A stretch of 64,000 bases of DNA from Longimicrobiales bacterium (lineage in GTDB: Bacteria; Gemmatimonadota; Gemmatimonadetes; Longimicrobiales; Gaopeijiaceae): assembly GCA_965202805.1 (NCBI GenBank), contig OZ241869.1, positions 608,001 to 672,000 on the forward strand, in the 5' to 3' direction. A model generated the notes under the pieces. The model did not search any database, had not been told where the DNA came from, and saw only the letters and a program-made list of their open reading frames with translations. This document shows positions 18,087 through 28,093 of the stretch, in pieces; within the stretch, counting starts at the first letter, position 1; every line of letters starts with the position of its first letter. The position numbers were made by a program, and so were the translations under genes.

Positions 18087-21000
18087 ATGACCACCGACAT
18101 CACCGACCTCACCGAACGCGGCCTCGAGCGCCTCATCTGCAAGGCCCTCACGGGCGACCCCTGCGATCCCCATGCAGGCGGCACCGTCGGCGAACCGCCG
18201 CCCGGCTACGGCGGCGTCGGTTGGTCCCCCGGCAACCATCACGACTACAACCGCGAGTACTGCGTAGACCTCATCCAACTCCGCGCCTTCCTCCACGCCA
18301 CGCAGCCCGACACCGCCCCCGCTCTCCGCCTCGACGAGGATGGCCATACCCGCCGCAAATTCCTCACCCGCCTCCAGGGCGAGATCGCCAAACGCGGTAC
18401 CATCGATGTCCTCCGGAACGGCATCAGGCACGGCCCCCACGAACTCGACCTCTTCTATGGCACGCCTTCCGCTCAGAACGAGACTGCTCAGCGGCGCTTC
18501 CGGCAGAACCAGTTCAGCGTCACCCGCCAACTCCGGTACAGCCGGGACGACGCTCAGCGATCGCTCGACATCGGGCTCTTCATCAACGGGCTACCCGTCT
18601 TCACCTTCGAGCTCAAGAACAGCCTGACGAAGCAGACCTTCAACGACGCAATCCTCCAGTACAAACGGGACCGCAACCCGCGCGAGCCCCTCTTCCAGTT
18701 CGGGCGCTGCGTGGCGCACTTCGCGGTCGACGAGAACGAGGTGCACTTCTGCACCCACCTCCGCGGGAAGGCGTCGTGGTTCCTGCCCTTCAACCGGGGC
18801 TGGCAGCATGGGGCCGGCAATCCGCCCAACCCGAACGGCCTCCGGTCGGAGTATCTTTGGCGGGAAGTCCTCACCCGGGAGAGCGTGTCCAACATCCTGG
18901 AGAACTATGCGCAGGTGTTGGCGTCGAAGAACGCGAAGACTGGCAAGAAGAAGAGGGTCCAGATTTGGCCGCGGTATCAGCAGCTGGACGTAGTGCGCCG
19001 GCTCCTGGAGGACGCCCGTAGTCACGGGGCGGGGAAGCGGTATCTGATCCAGCACTCAGCCGGGAGCGGGAAGAGCTTCTCGATCGCGTGGCTGGCCCAT
19101 CAACTGATCCCGCTTGAAAGGGACAGTGACCCCGTCTTCGACTCGATCATCGTCGTCACCGACCGCCGCATCCTGGACAAGCAGATCCGCGACACGATCC
19201 GGCAGTACGCTCAGGTGGGGTCGACGGTCGGGCACGCCGAGCGGTCGGGCGACCTGCGGCGGTTCATCACGCAGGGCAAGAAGATCATCATCTCGACAAT
19301 CCAGAAGTTCCCCTTCATCCTCGACGAGATCGGCAACGAGCAGCGGGGACGGACCTTCGCGATCATCATCGACGAGGCGCATTCGAGCCAGGGCGGGAAA
19401 GCCAGCGCAGCAGTGGCGAGCGCGCTGGGCGAGGCGGGCGAAGTGGCGGAGGACGAGACCTACGAGGACCAGATCAACCGCCTGATGGAGTCGCGCAGGC
19501 TACTGCCCAACGCCAGCTACTACGCCTTCACGGCCACCCCGAAGAACAAGACGCTGGAGATATTCGGCGATCCGGATCCGCAGAGCGACGGCACGGTCCG
19601 CCATCTTCCGTTCCACAACTACAGCATGAAGCAAGCGATCCAGGAGGGGTTCATCCTAGACGTGCTCAAGCACTACACGCCGGTCAAGAGCTACTACAAA
19701 CTCGCCAAGACGGTGGAGGGCGACCCCGAGTTCGACGTCTTGAAGGCACGCAAGAAGCTCCGACGCTACGTCGAGGGGCACGGGCACGCGATCCGGCTCA
19801 AGGCCGAGATCATGGTCGATCACTTCCACGACCAGGTCATCGCCCAGCGCAAGATCGACGGCATGGCGCGGGCGATGGTGGTCACCAACGGGATCAGGCG
19901 CGCGATCCAGTACTACCATGCCATCCGCGACTACCTGAAGGAGCGCAAGAGCCCCTACCAGGCGATCGTCGCATTTTCGGGGGAGAAGGATTACCGCGGG
20001 GAGATGGTGACCGAGGGCAGCGTGAACGGCTTTCGGTCGGCCGAGATCGCCGAGAAATTCCAGCAGGATCCTTACCGCTTCCTCGTTTGTTCCGACAAGT
20101 TCCAGACCGGCTACGACGAACCCCTCCTCCACACCTTGTACGTCGACAAGCCCCTGTCAGGAGTCAAGGCGGTCCAGGCCCTGTCGCGGCTCAACCGGGC
20201 GCACCCCAAGAAGCACGATGTCTTCGTGCTGGATTTCTTGAACGACACGGACACCATCACCGAAGCGTTCTCGAGCTACTACCGCACCACGATCCTGGCC
20301 GACGAAACCGATCCCAACAAGCTTCACGATCTCCAAGCCGACCTGGACGGTGCGCAGGTGTACTCGCCCGATCAGGTCAGTGAGTTCGTCAAGCGGTACC
20401 TGGCCGGCGTGGATCGCGACCAGCTCGATCCCATCCTCGACCGGTGCGTGGAGGTCTACATCAAGGAGCTTGACGAAGACAAACAAGTCGCGTTCAAGAG
20501 CGGAGCCAAGGCATTCGTGCGCACCTACGCGTTCCTCTCCTCGATCCTCCCCTACAACAACCAGGGCTGGGAGGAGCGCTCGATCTTTCTGAACTTCCTG
20601 ATCCCGAAGCTGCCATCGCCGATAGAGGATGATCTGTCGAAGGGCATCCTTGCGACGATCGACATGGACAGCTATCGGGTCGAGAAGCGCGCGATGCAGA
20701 AGATCATCCTGGCGGACGAGGACATGGAGATCGGTCCCGTACCGACCGGCCAGCCTGGAGGCATGCGCGAGGTCGAGATTGACCCTCTTTCGGTGATCAT
20801 CGCGGAGTTCAACGACCGCTTCGGGGGCATCGACTGGCAGGATGCCGACAGGGTCCACCAGATGATCACGGAGACAATCCCCGCCATGGTGGCGGAGGAC
20901 ACCGCGTTCAAGAACGCGCGGAAGAACTCGGACCGCGAGAACGCCCGGATCGAGCATGACAGGGCGCTCGGCCGGGTGATGATGGGCATCATGAAGGACG

Positions 21001-21095
21001 ACACGGAGCTCTTCCGCCAGTTCATGGATAACCCGGACTTCAAGCGGTGGCTGGGGGGTGTGGTGTTTGAGGTGGCGTATGAGGGGCGGGGGTGA
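18087..21095 (+). CDS. hsdR: Type I RM restriction subunit R
   Basis: DIGLFINGLPVFTFELKN nuclease motif, HSAGSGKS, DEAHSSQ, FTATP, KFQTGYDEP, QALSRLNR. Confidence 0.95.
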   Translation: MTTDITDLTERGLERLICKALTGDPCDPHAGGTVGEPPPGYGGVGWSPGNHHDYNREYCVDLIQLRAFLHATQPDTAPALRLDEDGHTRRKFLTRLQGEIAKRGTIDVLRNGIRHGPHELDLFYGTPSAQNETAQRRFRQNQFSVTRQLRYSRDDAQRSLDIGLFINGLPVFTFELKNSLTKQTFNDAILQYKRDRNPREPLFQFGRCVAHFAVDENEVHFCTHLRGKASWFLPFNRGWQHGAGNPPNPNGLRSEYLWREVLTRESVSNILENYAQVLASKNAKTGKKKRVQIWPRYQQLDVVRRLLEDARSHGAGKRYLIQHSAGSGKSFSIAWLAHQLIPLERDSDPVFDSIIVVTDRRILDKQIRDTIRQYAQVGSTVGHAERSGDLRRFITQGKKIIISTIQKFPFILDEIGNEQRGRTFAIIIDEAHSSQGGKASAAVASALGEAGEVAEDETYEDQINRLMESRRLLPNASYYAFTATPKNKTLEIFGDPDPQSDGTVRHLPFHNYSMKQAIQEGFILDVLKHYTPVKSYYKLAKTVEGDPEFDVLKARKKLRRYVEGHGHAIRLKAEIMVDHFHDQVIAQRKIDGMARAMVVTNGIRRAIQYYHAIRDYLKERKSPYQAIVAFSGEKDYRGEMVTEGSVNGFRSAEIAEKFQQDPYRFLVCSDKFQTGYDEPLLHTLYVDKPLSGVKAVQALSRLNRAHPKKHDVFVLDFLNDTDTITEAFSSYYRTTILADETDPNKLHDLQADLDGAQVYSPDQVSEFVKRYLAGVDRDQLDPILDRCVEVYIKELDEDKQVAFKSGAKAFVRTYAFLSSILPYNNQGWEERSIFLNFLIPKLPSPIEDDLSKGILATIDMDSYRVEKRAMQKIILADEDMEIGPVPTGQPGGMREVEIDPLSVIIAEFNDRFGGIDWQDADRVHQMITETIPAMVAEDTAFKNARKNSDRENARIEHDRALGRVMMGIMKDDTELFRQFMDNPDFKRWLGGVVFEVAYEGRG

Positions 21096-21123
21096 ATGAG
21101 TTCCAGGACTAATCGCCAGAGAC

Positions 21124-21900
21124 ATGCATGTTCACCCAGAGCAACGATTCCATGAGCGAGAAAGCTCTATGAGCAAGAAGGCGATTGATGCGAGCGGCGC
21201 AGATGCGTCGAGTCAGCAGGTGAGGGTATCCCAGAAATGGGGGTTCGGCATGGCTCCACCAAGGCCGGAGTTGCAACAACGTCGGCTGGGTTGGGTGTCG
21301 CATGTTCTGGACTTGCTGAAGTATGAGAGCCCTCACGAGAAATCACCTATCGCGGTTTCCGAGGTGAAGGGGCTCTTCAACCGCGTTGTCCGGCAGGATC
21401 AATGGGATTGGTTTATGGTGTTCCAGCAGTTAGGATGTCCCGGCCGTGTAAAGTCAAGGAAGGTTGCATCCACGCTAGCGGAACTAAGGAAGACCATTAC
21501 AGAGAAAGGCACACGGCGGGATTTACTAGATACACTGAGAGATCTGGGCGTCATCCGCCATCTGACCGTTTTTCTGTCAGGGGATACAAGCGATCAATAC
21601 TCAGAGCAGATATACATCTTGTCGACACGAGAGCAACCCCGTATTCTCAAAATCGGATTCACGACAAGATCTGTCTTGGACAGGGTCAATGAAATCAACT
21701 CAGCTACTGGAGTGGTAATTCCCTATGGGGTCCGAGCAGTATGGTCTGTCAAGGATGCTCGCGATATCGAAGCAAAGATCCACAGATCTTTGGCGGATTA
21801 TCGAGTTCGCTCCGACCGCGAGTTCTTCTGCATGGACTATAAGACAGCATTCAAGCGAATCAACAGTTTGCTGAAGCGAGAACGAATCGGCCAAACATAA
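21124..21900 (+). CDS. GIY-YIG nuclease (T5orf172-like C-terminal domain)
   Basis: IYILST...LKIGFTTRSVLDRVNEIN.ATGV...IEAKIHRSL..YRV...REFF; lower GC; start may be the later ATG at 21169. Confidence 0.8.
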   Translation: MHVHPEQRFHERESSMSKKAIDASGADASSQQVRVSQKWGFGMAPPRPELQQRRLGWVSHVLDLLKYESPHEKSPIAVSEVKGLFNRVVRQDQWDWFMVFQQLGCPGRVKSRKVASTLAELRKTITEKGTRRDLLDTLRDLGVIRHLTVFLSGDTSDQYSEQIYILSTREQPRILKIGFTTRSVLDRVNEINSATGVVIPYGVRAVWSVKDARDIEAKIHRSLADYRVRSDREFFCMDYKTAFKRINSLLKRERIGQT

Positions 21901-22357
21901 TCTGAGCGGTCCTATTAAGACGGCGTCGTTGTCATCAACAGTGTAAGCCCGGTTCCCATCTGACACCTTTCGCTCAGAATGTAACGGGAAGAGTGATCCC
22001 ATCACCCTCACTCTTACCCCTATCTCCTCCAGAAACTGTGACGGCCTCTTCCTCCATCTGAAAACACCCGCTCCCCAGTCAACGTGGGTCTCCCGCGCCT
22101 AAGGTGATTGCCACGAAACGGCTCTGTCGCCCTCCTGCACTTCCTTGCTCCACTACCTCTGGAGCTCTCGATACGGTTGTGAGTGGCGGTGCCACGCCCT
22201 TGGCAAACATCCAGGACTTCTATCGCGAGGGCCGAACGGCACAATCAACCCAGAGGTCAGATGTCGAACTTTTCTGGGGTCACTTCGTGCTTTGGTGCGC
22301 CAGCGCAAGAAGTCAAGAGGTATCGTCCCCAATCCTGATCGGCGTGATGGCATCGCG

Positions 22358-22687
22358 TTAACCGCGATGCTGCTTTAGCTGGTCTAGATAGTCCTCCCAT
22401 TCCTCAAACAGTGAAGTTGAGGGCGCAGCATCACCTTCGTCCATCTGCTCCATCCGCTCCATGGAAACCAGCATCTTGTCCAGATGCACCCAGAACATGT
22501 GGTCATCCTTGATGTGCTCGCCCCGCTGCTTCTGAAGCTCCTTGAGCAAGCGAAGAAAATCAGCTTTCTTGCCGTTGGACACGGCGAGAGCGGCGACAAG
22601 ATTCGTGTTAGCCCAAACTGCTTCAGCTATGAGGTTAATGACGCCCTGGGTTATCGTGATAGGCCGGTCTGCGTCCTTGTCAGTCAT
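22358..22687 (-). CDS. Hypothetical protein
   Basis: 109-aa ORF preceded by AGGGAGG; no recognisable motif. Confidence 0.55.
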   Translation of the reverse strand: MTDKDADRPITITQGVINLIAEAVWANTNLVAALAVSNGKKADFLRLLKELQKQRGEHIKDDHMFWVHLDKMLVSMERMEQMDEGDAAPSTSLFEEWEDYLDQLKQHRG

Positions 22688-22814
22688 CGTTCCTCCCTGT
22701 TGTCACGGTTCCTATGGCTCCGAAGCATAGCAGCCCACTTCTCGGGTCGCCAGATGCCAACGAGAGCGAGATCGCGCAAGAAAACGCCCTGCCGGGAGAC
22801 ACGCTCTCGACAGG

Positions 22815-23882
22815 TGTACAAGTAGGGTGTTCACCTGACACCCGACCTCACGGAGGTCAGGTCCTACGCTGCGTTCTGCACCTCCTTGCCGGCCGAAGGG
22901 TTGCGGGTGCACTTCCGGGCGATCCCGGCCTTGAAGACCGCGAAGACCGCGTAGGGCGTCCGTCCCTTCGTGCCGCGGCCCTGGTGCCAGGTGCCGTCGG
23001 TTGTAGGTCTCAAGATACACGTCCAGGTCCTTCTGCAGCTCTTCGACGGTCTCGTGCCAAGTCATCTGCCCCTTGATCCGGAGATGTTCTTCGAGAAGGG
23101 TGCGGTGGAACCGTTCGATAAAGCCATTCGACTGGGGCCTCCCGACCTTGGTGGCTCGGTGCTCGATGTCCTCCAGCTGCAGGAAGAGCTCGTAGTGGTG
23201 CTTGTCTGGCCGGCCGCAGTACTCGCGCCCTTTGTCGCTCAGGATGGTCCGGACTTGGACGCCGTGCTCCTCGAAGAAGGGCAGCACGTGGTTGTTCAGG
23301 ATCTGGACCGCCGTGACCGGCATCTTGCTCGTGTAGAGCCGGGCCCAGACGTGGCGACTGAAGCAGTCGAGCATGGTCTGGATGTAGACCTTGCCGACGC
23401 CGTTGAGCGTGCCTGCGAAGAAGGTGTCCACGGCCACGAGCTTCCCGGTGGCATGTACTTCGATGTGGCACCCGCGGAACTCGGGGTCGAATCGCTCCAG
23501 CGCATGGATCTGCTCATCGGTGAGCTTGATCTTGCGCTTGCGGACCGTCTCCTCCAGCCGGAGCAGTCGCTCGTGGCGGGTCTTGAGGTCGTTTCGGATC
23601 CACACCCCCTCGGCGCCGTGCACTTGGAAGTTGCGGCGGATCTCGTAGAAGTGCTGCCGGCTGTAGCCCACGATCCGGCACGCCTTCGAGACGTTGCCGA
23701 GTTCCTGGCCAGTTGTAGCAGGGACAGCTTCCTGCGCGCTTCTCTGCCTGGACGGTGGTCATTCTGGTTCTCCTCCGTGGTTGTTGAGTTGACTGGATCT
23801 CTTCTCAGTCAACCTCGGTGAGGCCGGTCTGGCCACCGTCCCCTTCGGGGGGCATCTGTCAGGTGATTACCGTACTTGTACA
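22815..23882 (-). mobile_element. IS481-family insertion sequence with inactivated transposase
   Basis: Terminal IRs tgtacaagtagggtgttcacctgaca (22815-22840) and tgtcaggtgattaccgtacttgtaca (23857-23882), 23/26 match; VAVDTFF..G..GVGKVY, PQSNGFIERFHRT; frameshifts and an internal deletion. Confidence 0.9.
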
Positions 23883-24111
23883 GTCTTCAGCTTCATCGAA
23901 GGCTTCTACAACACCCGCCGTCTCCACTCGGCCCTCGGCTACCAGGCGCCCGCGAACTTCGAGGAACTCAACCGTGCCGCGTGAAGCGAACCCGGGCCTG
24001 AGCGACCGACGGCCCGCGCCCTCTCTCACTCCCTTGGGAGGGGATAACAGAATTCATTTCAGACACCATCAACCACAGAAACCAACTGTCCGTGAAAGCG
24101 GGGCAGGTCCA
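23883..24111 (+). mobile_element. IS3-family 3' remnant with right end
   Basis: VFSFIEGFYNTRRLHSALGYQAPANFE...* directly after the IS481 IR; ends ...actgtccgtgaaagcggggcaggtcca. Confidence 0.8.
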
Positions 24112-24577
24112 GGGGACCTCCCATCGTTTCCCTCCACCTCAACTGTTTTGCCCAACTCGAACAGGGCGACAGTTAACACCCCTTTTGATTTTCTGTTCCA
24201 CATCTCCGGTCAGTAGATCCTTGACACACACTCCACCTATTCACCATATAGGGTGACCTTCTTGCTTTCTAGCAGGATGCCTTCAATCGAATCCGTAGCG
24301 TACTCCGACATGATTGCTCGGGCCGCTGCCTGTGCGAGAGCCTCTACCTGCTCCTGCGGCTCACCTCGATCACGAGCGTCCTGTGCAGCCTCGCAGCACT
24401 CGTCCATGCATCACACATGCGGTACAGTAACTTCCAGCGGTCCTTCCCTGGGAATCGATGCCCACACGCGCCTGACAGCACCAAACCACTAGCAACACGG
24501 ATCGTCTCATCCTCCATCCTGTACCACGTCATGCCTGGAAATCCTACCGGCCTATTCCCCGTCAAACCACACCACGA

Positions 24578-25030
24578 TCAGGAAGTCTCTGATGGTGGCT
24601 TGATAAAACCTGAGTCGTTCGCTATCTCCATAGCCATTTCCTTCTGACGATCACGATCTGAAGTCTTGTAATCGACATCAGTATGATGTGGATTGTAATA
24701 GGGATCCTTGGGGTCTTGGATCGGTGTAAACTTCACGCTACAACCCTCTTTTCGAAAAGTACAGACTTTTGCTGTGGCCCACCCAAAGAAACCTCCCTTA
24801 CGTTTGGATGCGAATCTGGTAGAATCAAGTATTGTTGATCGCCTAAGCCTATCAGTTGACTTGACTTGCGCTCTTTTGGCTGGGTAGAACTCAGAGGCAT
24901 TGGCCTTATTTTTGTCCGCATATCTACCTGCTCGCGACTTATTGTTGACACTAGATCCCAATAATTCCAATCCTCGCAGGCATTCCTCTGAGGACGATAC
25001 TGCTCCAACAGATTTCTTAGATGGGTCCAT
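24578..25030 (-). CDS. Hypothetical protein of the low-GC cassette (possible toxin-like fold)
   Basis: 150-aa ORF; R...STDR...GWA...NPHHTDV pattern; roughly 40% GC. Confidence 0.55.
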   Translation of the reverse strand: MDPSKKSVGAVSSSEECLRGLELLGSSVNNKSRAGRYADKNKANASEFYPAKRAQVKSTDRLRRSTILDSTRFASKRKGGFFGWATAKVCTFRKEGCSVKFTPIQDPKDPYYNPHHTDVDYKTSDRDRQKEMAMEIANDSGFIKPPSETS

Positions 25031-25446
25031 GATTTTTTAGTCGGATATCTTTGGAAGTGTGGATGTCTTGCTATTTCATCTATCACACCTTGTAGAAAAC
25101 AGTCACTAAACATAACCGAAATGCTCTTAAAACTCGCCTTCCGAGACCGTATATCGCCTGTTGCAAAGAAACATATAATTCTCCCTCCTGACTCACAGTT
25201 AACTGCGAGCGTTTCATTAGGATTTCTTGGAGCTACCTCAACACTCACTGAACCATCTTGCATAGGGTAAACTTCGTATCGAAAGGGTAGCTTTTTATAC
25301 ATATACCCAAGAACAGTGCGTGATCGTTCTATAACCCCCTCTGAGGGGGTTATGTAGTCTTCATCGGATGCTGCTTCATCATACACATTACCAAGATCAT
25401 GGAGTGCATCCTTAAGCCACTGACCATTACTCGGATCATTTCTCAT
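24733..25446 (-). CDS. Hypothetical protein of the low-GC cassette
   Basis: ATG overlaps the upstream stop (ATGA); EVYPMQDGSVSVE motif; last ~100 codons overlap the next ORF and may be a spurious extension. Confidence 0.55.
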   Translation of the reverse strand: MRNDPSNGQWLKDALHDLGNVYDEAASDEDYITPSEGVIERSRTVLGYMYKKLPFRYEVYPMQDGSVSVEVAPRNPNETLAVNCESGGRIICFFATGDIRSRKASFKSISVMFSDCFLQGVIDEIARHPHFQRYPTKKSWTHLRNLLEQYRPQRNACEDWNYWDLVSTISREQVDMRTKIRPMPLSSTQPKERKSSQLIGLGDQQYLILPDSHPNVREVSLGGPQQKSVLFEKRVVA

Positions 25447-25955
25447 AGTATTGATCTCCGTAGTGACAAAGATTGAAACACCACATCAATATCAGAGATG
25501 GCACCGTTAACACGCATTATGTGTTCATAAAGCTCCTTACGAGAAAAACTCGTATCCCGTATGAGTATAGACATAACCGCCAACTCATCAATCACAAGAT
25601 CCTGACTGTCCTCCACTATTGGAGGGAGTATGTTGTAGTTAACACGGTGACGTACCATTCTCTCCCTGATATCAAGTAACAGCGCCAGTTTATCAGGAAT
25701 CACAAGGCTATCGAAATGTTGTTTCTTTGAGTTATCTACTTGGTACCTCCTATATACAGTCAGATAGTCACCAGGGGGACCAATATATGTCACTATATAT
25801 CCATGGAACGCTTCTGAAATACCCACTGCAAATACTAAATTCGGAGCATCATCATCAGACTCAAGAGATTCTATGGCAATCTCATCAGGTTCCTCATAAA
25901 AACTCTTAATCCACCCTATGACAGTTTCCTCCATCATATCCCTGTTTATGCTCAT
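25443..25955 (-). CDS. Hypothetical acidic protein of the low-GC cassette (possible chaperone-like fold)
   Basis: 170-aa acidic ORF with GGAG upstream; coupled to the next gene. Confidence 0.6.
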   Translation of the reverse strand: MSINRDMMEETVIGWIKSFYEEPDEIAIESLESDDDAPNLVFAVGISEAFHGYIVTYIGPPGDYLTVYRRYQVDNSKKQHFDSLVIPDKLALLLDIRERMVRHRVNYNILPPIVEDSQDLVIDELAVMSILIRDTSFSRKELYEHIMRVNGAISDIDVVFQSLSLRRSIL

Positions 25956-26111
25956 ACTGTATACACTCCGATAAGTATCACCTGTGTACCTCCTACACGC
26001 TACCAAACCGAATCGATGCTGTCAAGAATCCGCCTCAACGGCGGGCGCGGAGGCTGCCGTAGCGCCTTCGGCTTCTCCGGTCGCTGCCCGCGCTCATCCG
26101 TCAGCGACCAA

Positions 26112-26341
26112 CGTTGACATACCAGCTACGGATTCCTACCCATAACACAGGCACGGCTGGGCAGGGTAAGGCAGGGCACGGCGAAGCTCGGCAGGGTAAG
26201 GAAGGTAGAGTAATCACACGAAGCCTTCCTTGCTCTGTCCCTCTCCCATGACCTGCTACCGTTCCCGTGCCATGAGTAGGGATCCCATCAGCTTACAACG
26301 TCAACGCATCTCTGTTTCTGGAGCAGCTGGGGAAGCAGAGA
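26112..26341 (+). ncRNA. Candidate structured RNA: ~195-nt rod-like hairpin plus a second short hairpin
   Basis: Nested pairings cgttgac/gtcaacg, ggattcctacccat/atgagtagggatcc, ggcacgg/ccgtgcc, ggcagggtaaggaagg/ccttccttgctctgtc, with G-U wobbles on the plus strand; no ORF. Confidence 0.45.
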
Positions 26342-26376
26342 CATAATTCCCTAAGACGGAACAAACGCAGTGGCGG

Positions 26377-26763
26377 ATGGAGTTGGTTGATCCTGGCACG
26401 GGCGTCGTGTCCGGTAACTACCTGATAACCGATCCGGATATGGGATCGCTGTCGTTGCCCGGTCCCGTGTCCGGTCGGTACGATTTCCTGGCCGTTTCGC
26501 TCGACTACTCGTTCCTGATCGAGGGCTTTTCTGCGTCGTGCGCGATTCGCGCTACCATGGCGGCGTTCGGTCAGAGCATCGCGGCTACGGTGACCTGCAG
26601 CGGCTTCGGCGAGTCAGCCGGCGACGCGGTGGACTTACCAGCGTACCACCTAACTCTTCATCGGCAGGCACAGGGGACGGAACCTGGAGTTGTGACCCCC
26701 CGTCGGGGCCCTCTAGTACCGGACACCGGACTCCCTCCTACGCGGTGTCCCCGCCAATGGTGA
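26377..26763 (+). CDS. Hypothetical protein or gene fragment
   Basis: 128-aa beta-rich ORF with host-like codons; 3' end overlaps the convergent gene. Confidence 0.35.
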   Translation: MELVDPGTGVVSGNYLITDPDMGSLSLPGPVSGRYDFLAVSLDYSFLIEGFSASCAIRATMAAFGQSIAATVTCSGFGESAGDAVDLPAYHLTLHRQAQGTEPGVVTPRRGPLVPDTGLPPTRCPRQW

Positions 26764-28030
26764 GCCGCGCTGGCAACAGCGGCGGCCCTTCCCACCGCGC
26801 CAAACCTGTCATCCAATGCTGGCCGAGTCCGCACACGTAACCGATGGAGGCATCCGAGATGATCCTGCGAGCATGCTGGTGGCAGTGTGCCCAGCCGGAC
26901 TCAGGCTGCCTTCCGAACCACCCGAGGGCGGCCAAGTCCCTGAGTTCCTCAACTTCAAGGTTGCCGACCATGCGCCGTAGGCGCTCGTACGATTCCAACC
27001 CGTAGGATCTGACGCTCCCGCTTGTGAAGTGAAGGCCCGAGTCTCGGTTTCCCGGTAGCGATGCTATCAAGCGCTCCCATTCCACCTCGAAGTCCGAATG
27101 GGCCTTCGTCAGTTCCTCGACCTTCTCACGGGTGACCAAGGGGGCCGGATCCCTTTCTGACTCCCGCTTCAGGTGCCACTTGATCTGTTCGGCTCTCTGA
27201 CGGCGGAGGTCCGCCAAGTCGGCTCTGGCTGGACCCGATTGCCGTAGGTCGAGAGGCCACAGCGGAAACGGCCAATGGTGACAGATCGACCTCGCGTCTT
27301 CCGGATCAACTTCCCGGTTCCGTCGTGCCTCACTCACGCGAACCAATGAGTCGTAGTTCCGCCCCGATAGCTCCTGATGGGTTGTCTGCGGCTCCGGCTC
27401 AAAGCCGCGCCAGAGATCTGCCACGACGGCCAGCCCTTCCGGCGTCGTTATGCCGACGCGGTGTAGCGCGCGAACTACCGCCAGCCACCGTGGTGTCACG
27501 TCATTGTATTCTCGGTACAGGCTATCGGGTAGCGGAGATACCCAGTCGTACTCACCGCCCTCTACGGTGATGTCCTGCACGTAGTCCACGTACATTCGGT
27601 TCTCTCTCCGAGCCTTGGCGTAGTTCGGAAGGATCCAGTCAACGTCGTTGGGACCATCAAGGTAGTACGGCCGCCGTTCGCGGTCTACCAGGCTCGTCAC
27701 CTCCGCAAAATCGACTGGCCTCCAGCGGCAGGAATCGGCGTAGATCTCTTTCGCAAGATGATTGCCGAAGGCCTTGATCGTGCGGGACCTCTCTTCTTTG
27801 TTGTTGCGTGGGCATCGGACCAGGTCAACTAGCATAAGGACTTTCGCTGATTCCTCCTTCGCGAGGGCACGAACGATGGCTGCAGCACGATGCTCGTCGA
27901 TCGCACGGAGACGGACTGCGGTCGACTCCAAGCTCTCGGCATGTTCGACAATGAGCCGAAGGCCCTCGGCAACCTCTTCGAATAACGTGACGTCCGATAG
28001 CTGGAGGAGTCTCTCGATTGGCCGTTTCAT
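26738..28030 (-). CDS. AbiV-family abortive infection protein with a C-terminal DUF3775-like extension
   Basis: ALAKEESAKVLML...FGNHLAK...RENRMYVD matches the AbiV pattern; C-terminal ELRDLAALGWFGR helical domain. Confidence 0.7.
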   Translation of the reverse strand: MKRPIERLLQLSDVTLFEEVAEGLRLIVEHAESLESTAVRLRAIDEHRAAAIVRALAKEESAKVLMLVDLVRCPRNNKEERSRTIKAFGNHLAKEIYADSCRWRPVDFAEVTSLVDRERRPYYLDGPNDVDWILPNYAKARRENRMYVDYVQDITVEGGEYDWVSPLPDSLYREYNDVTPRWLAVVRALHRVGITTPEGLAVVADLWRGFEPEPQTTHQELSGRNYDSLVRVSEARRNREVDPEDARSICHHWPFPLWPLDLRQSGPARADLADLRRQRAEQIKWHLKRESERDPAPLVTREKVEELTKAHSDFEVEWERLIASLPGNRDSGLHFTSGSVRSYGLESYERLRRMVGNLEVEELRDLAALGWFGRQPESGWAHCHQHARRIISDASIGYVCGLGQHWMTGLARWEGPPLLPARLTIGGDTA

Positions 28031-28053
28031 GTCTGCTCCGAAAGGATCCTCTT

Positions 28054-28093
28054 CATATGGATTACCATATCGCCGATATGGGAATATGGCAAC
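28054..28093 (-). promoter_or_regulatory. vapB-type promoter/operator, copy A (upstream of the AbiV-like gene)
   Basis: Minus strand TTGCCA-17 bp-TATGGT-aatccat-ATG with CCATAT/ATATGG palindromes. Confidence 0.8.

Noticed and set aside
21901..22357. Several short overlapping ORFs
   Set aside because: No recognisable motif, RBS or consistent frame.
24120..24570. Short ORFs after the IS3 end
   Set aside because: Conflicting frames and nothing recognisable; may be a decayed gene but cannot be supported.
26020..26118. Integron attC site
   Set aside because: The fold is loosely attC-like, but the ends (TGTCAAG / GTTGACA) do not fit RYYYAAC / GTTRRRY, and I see no second site or integron integrase.
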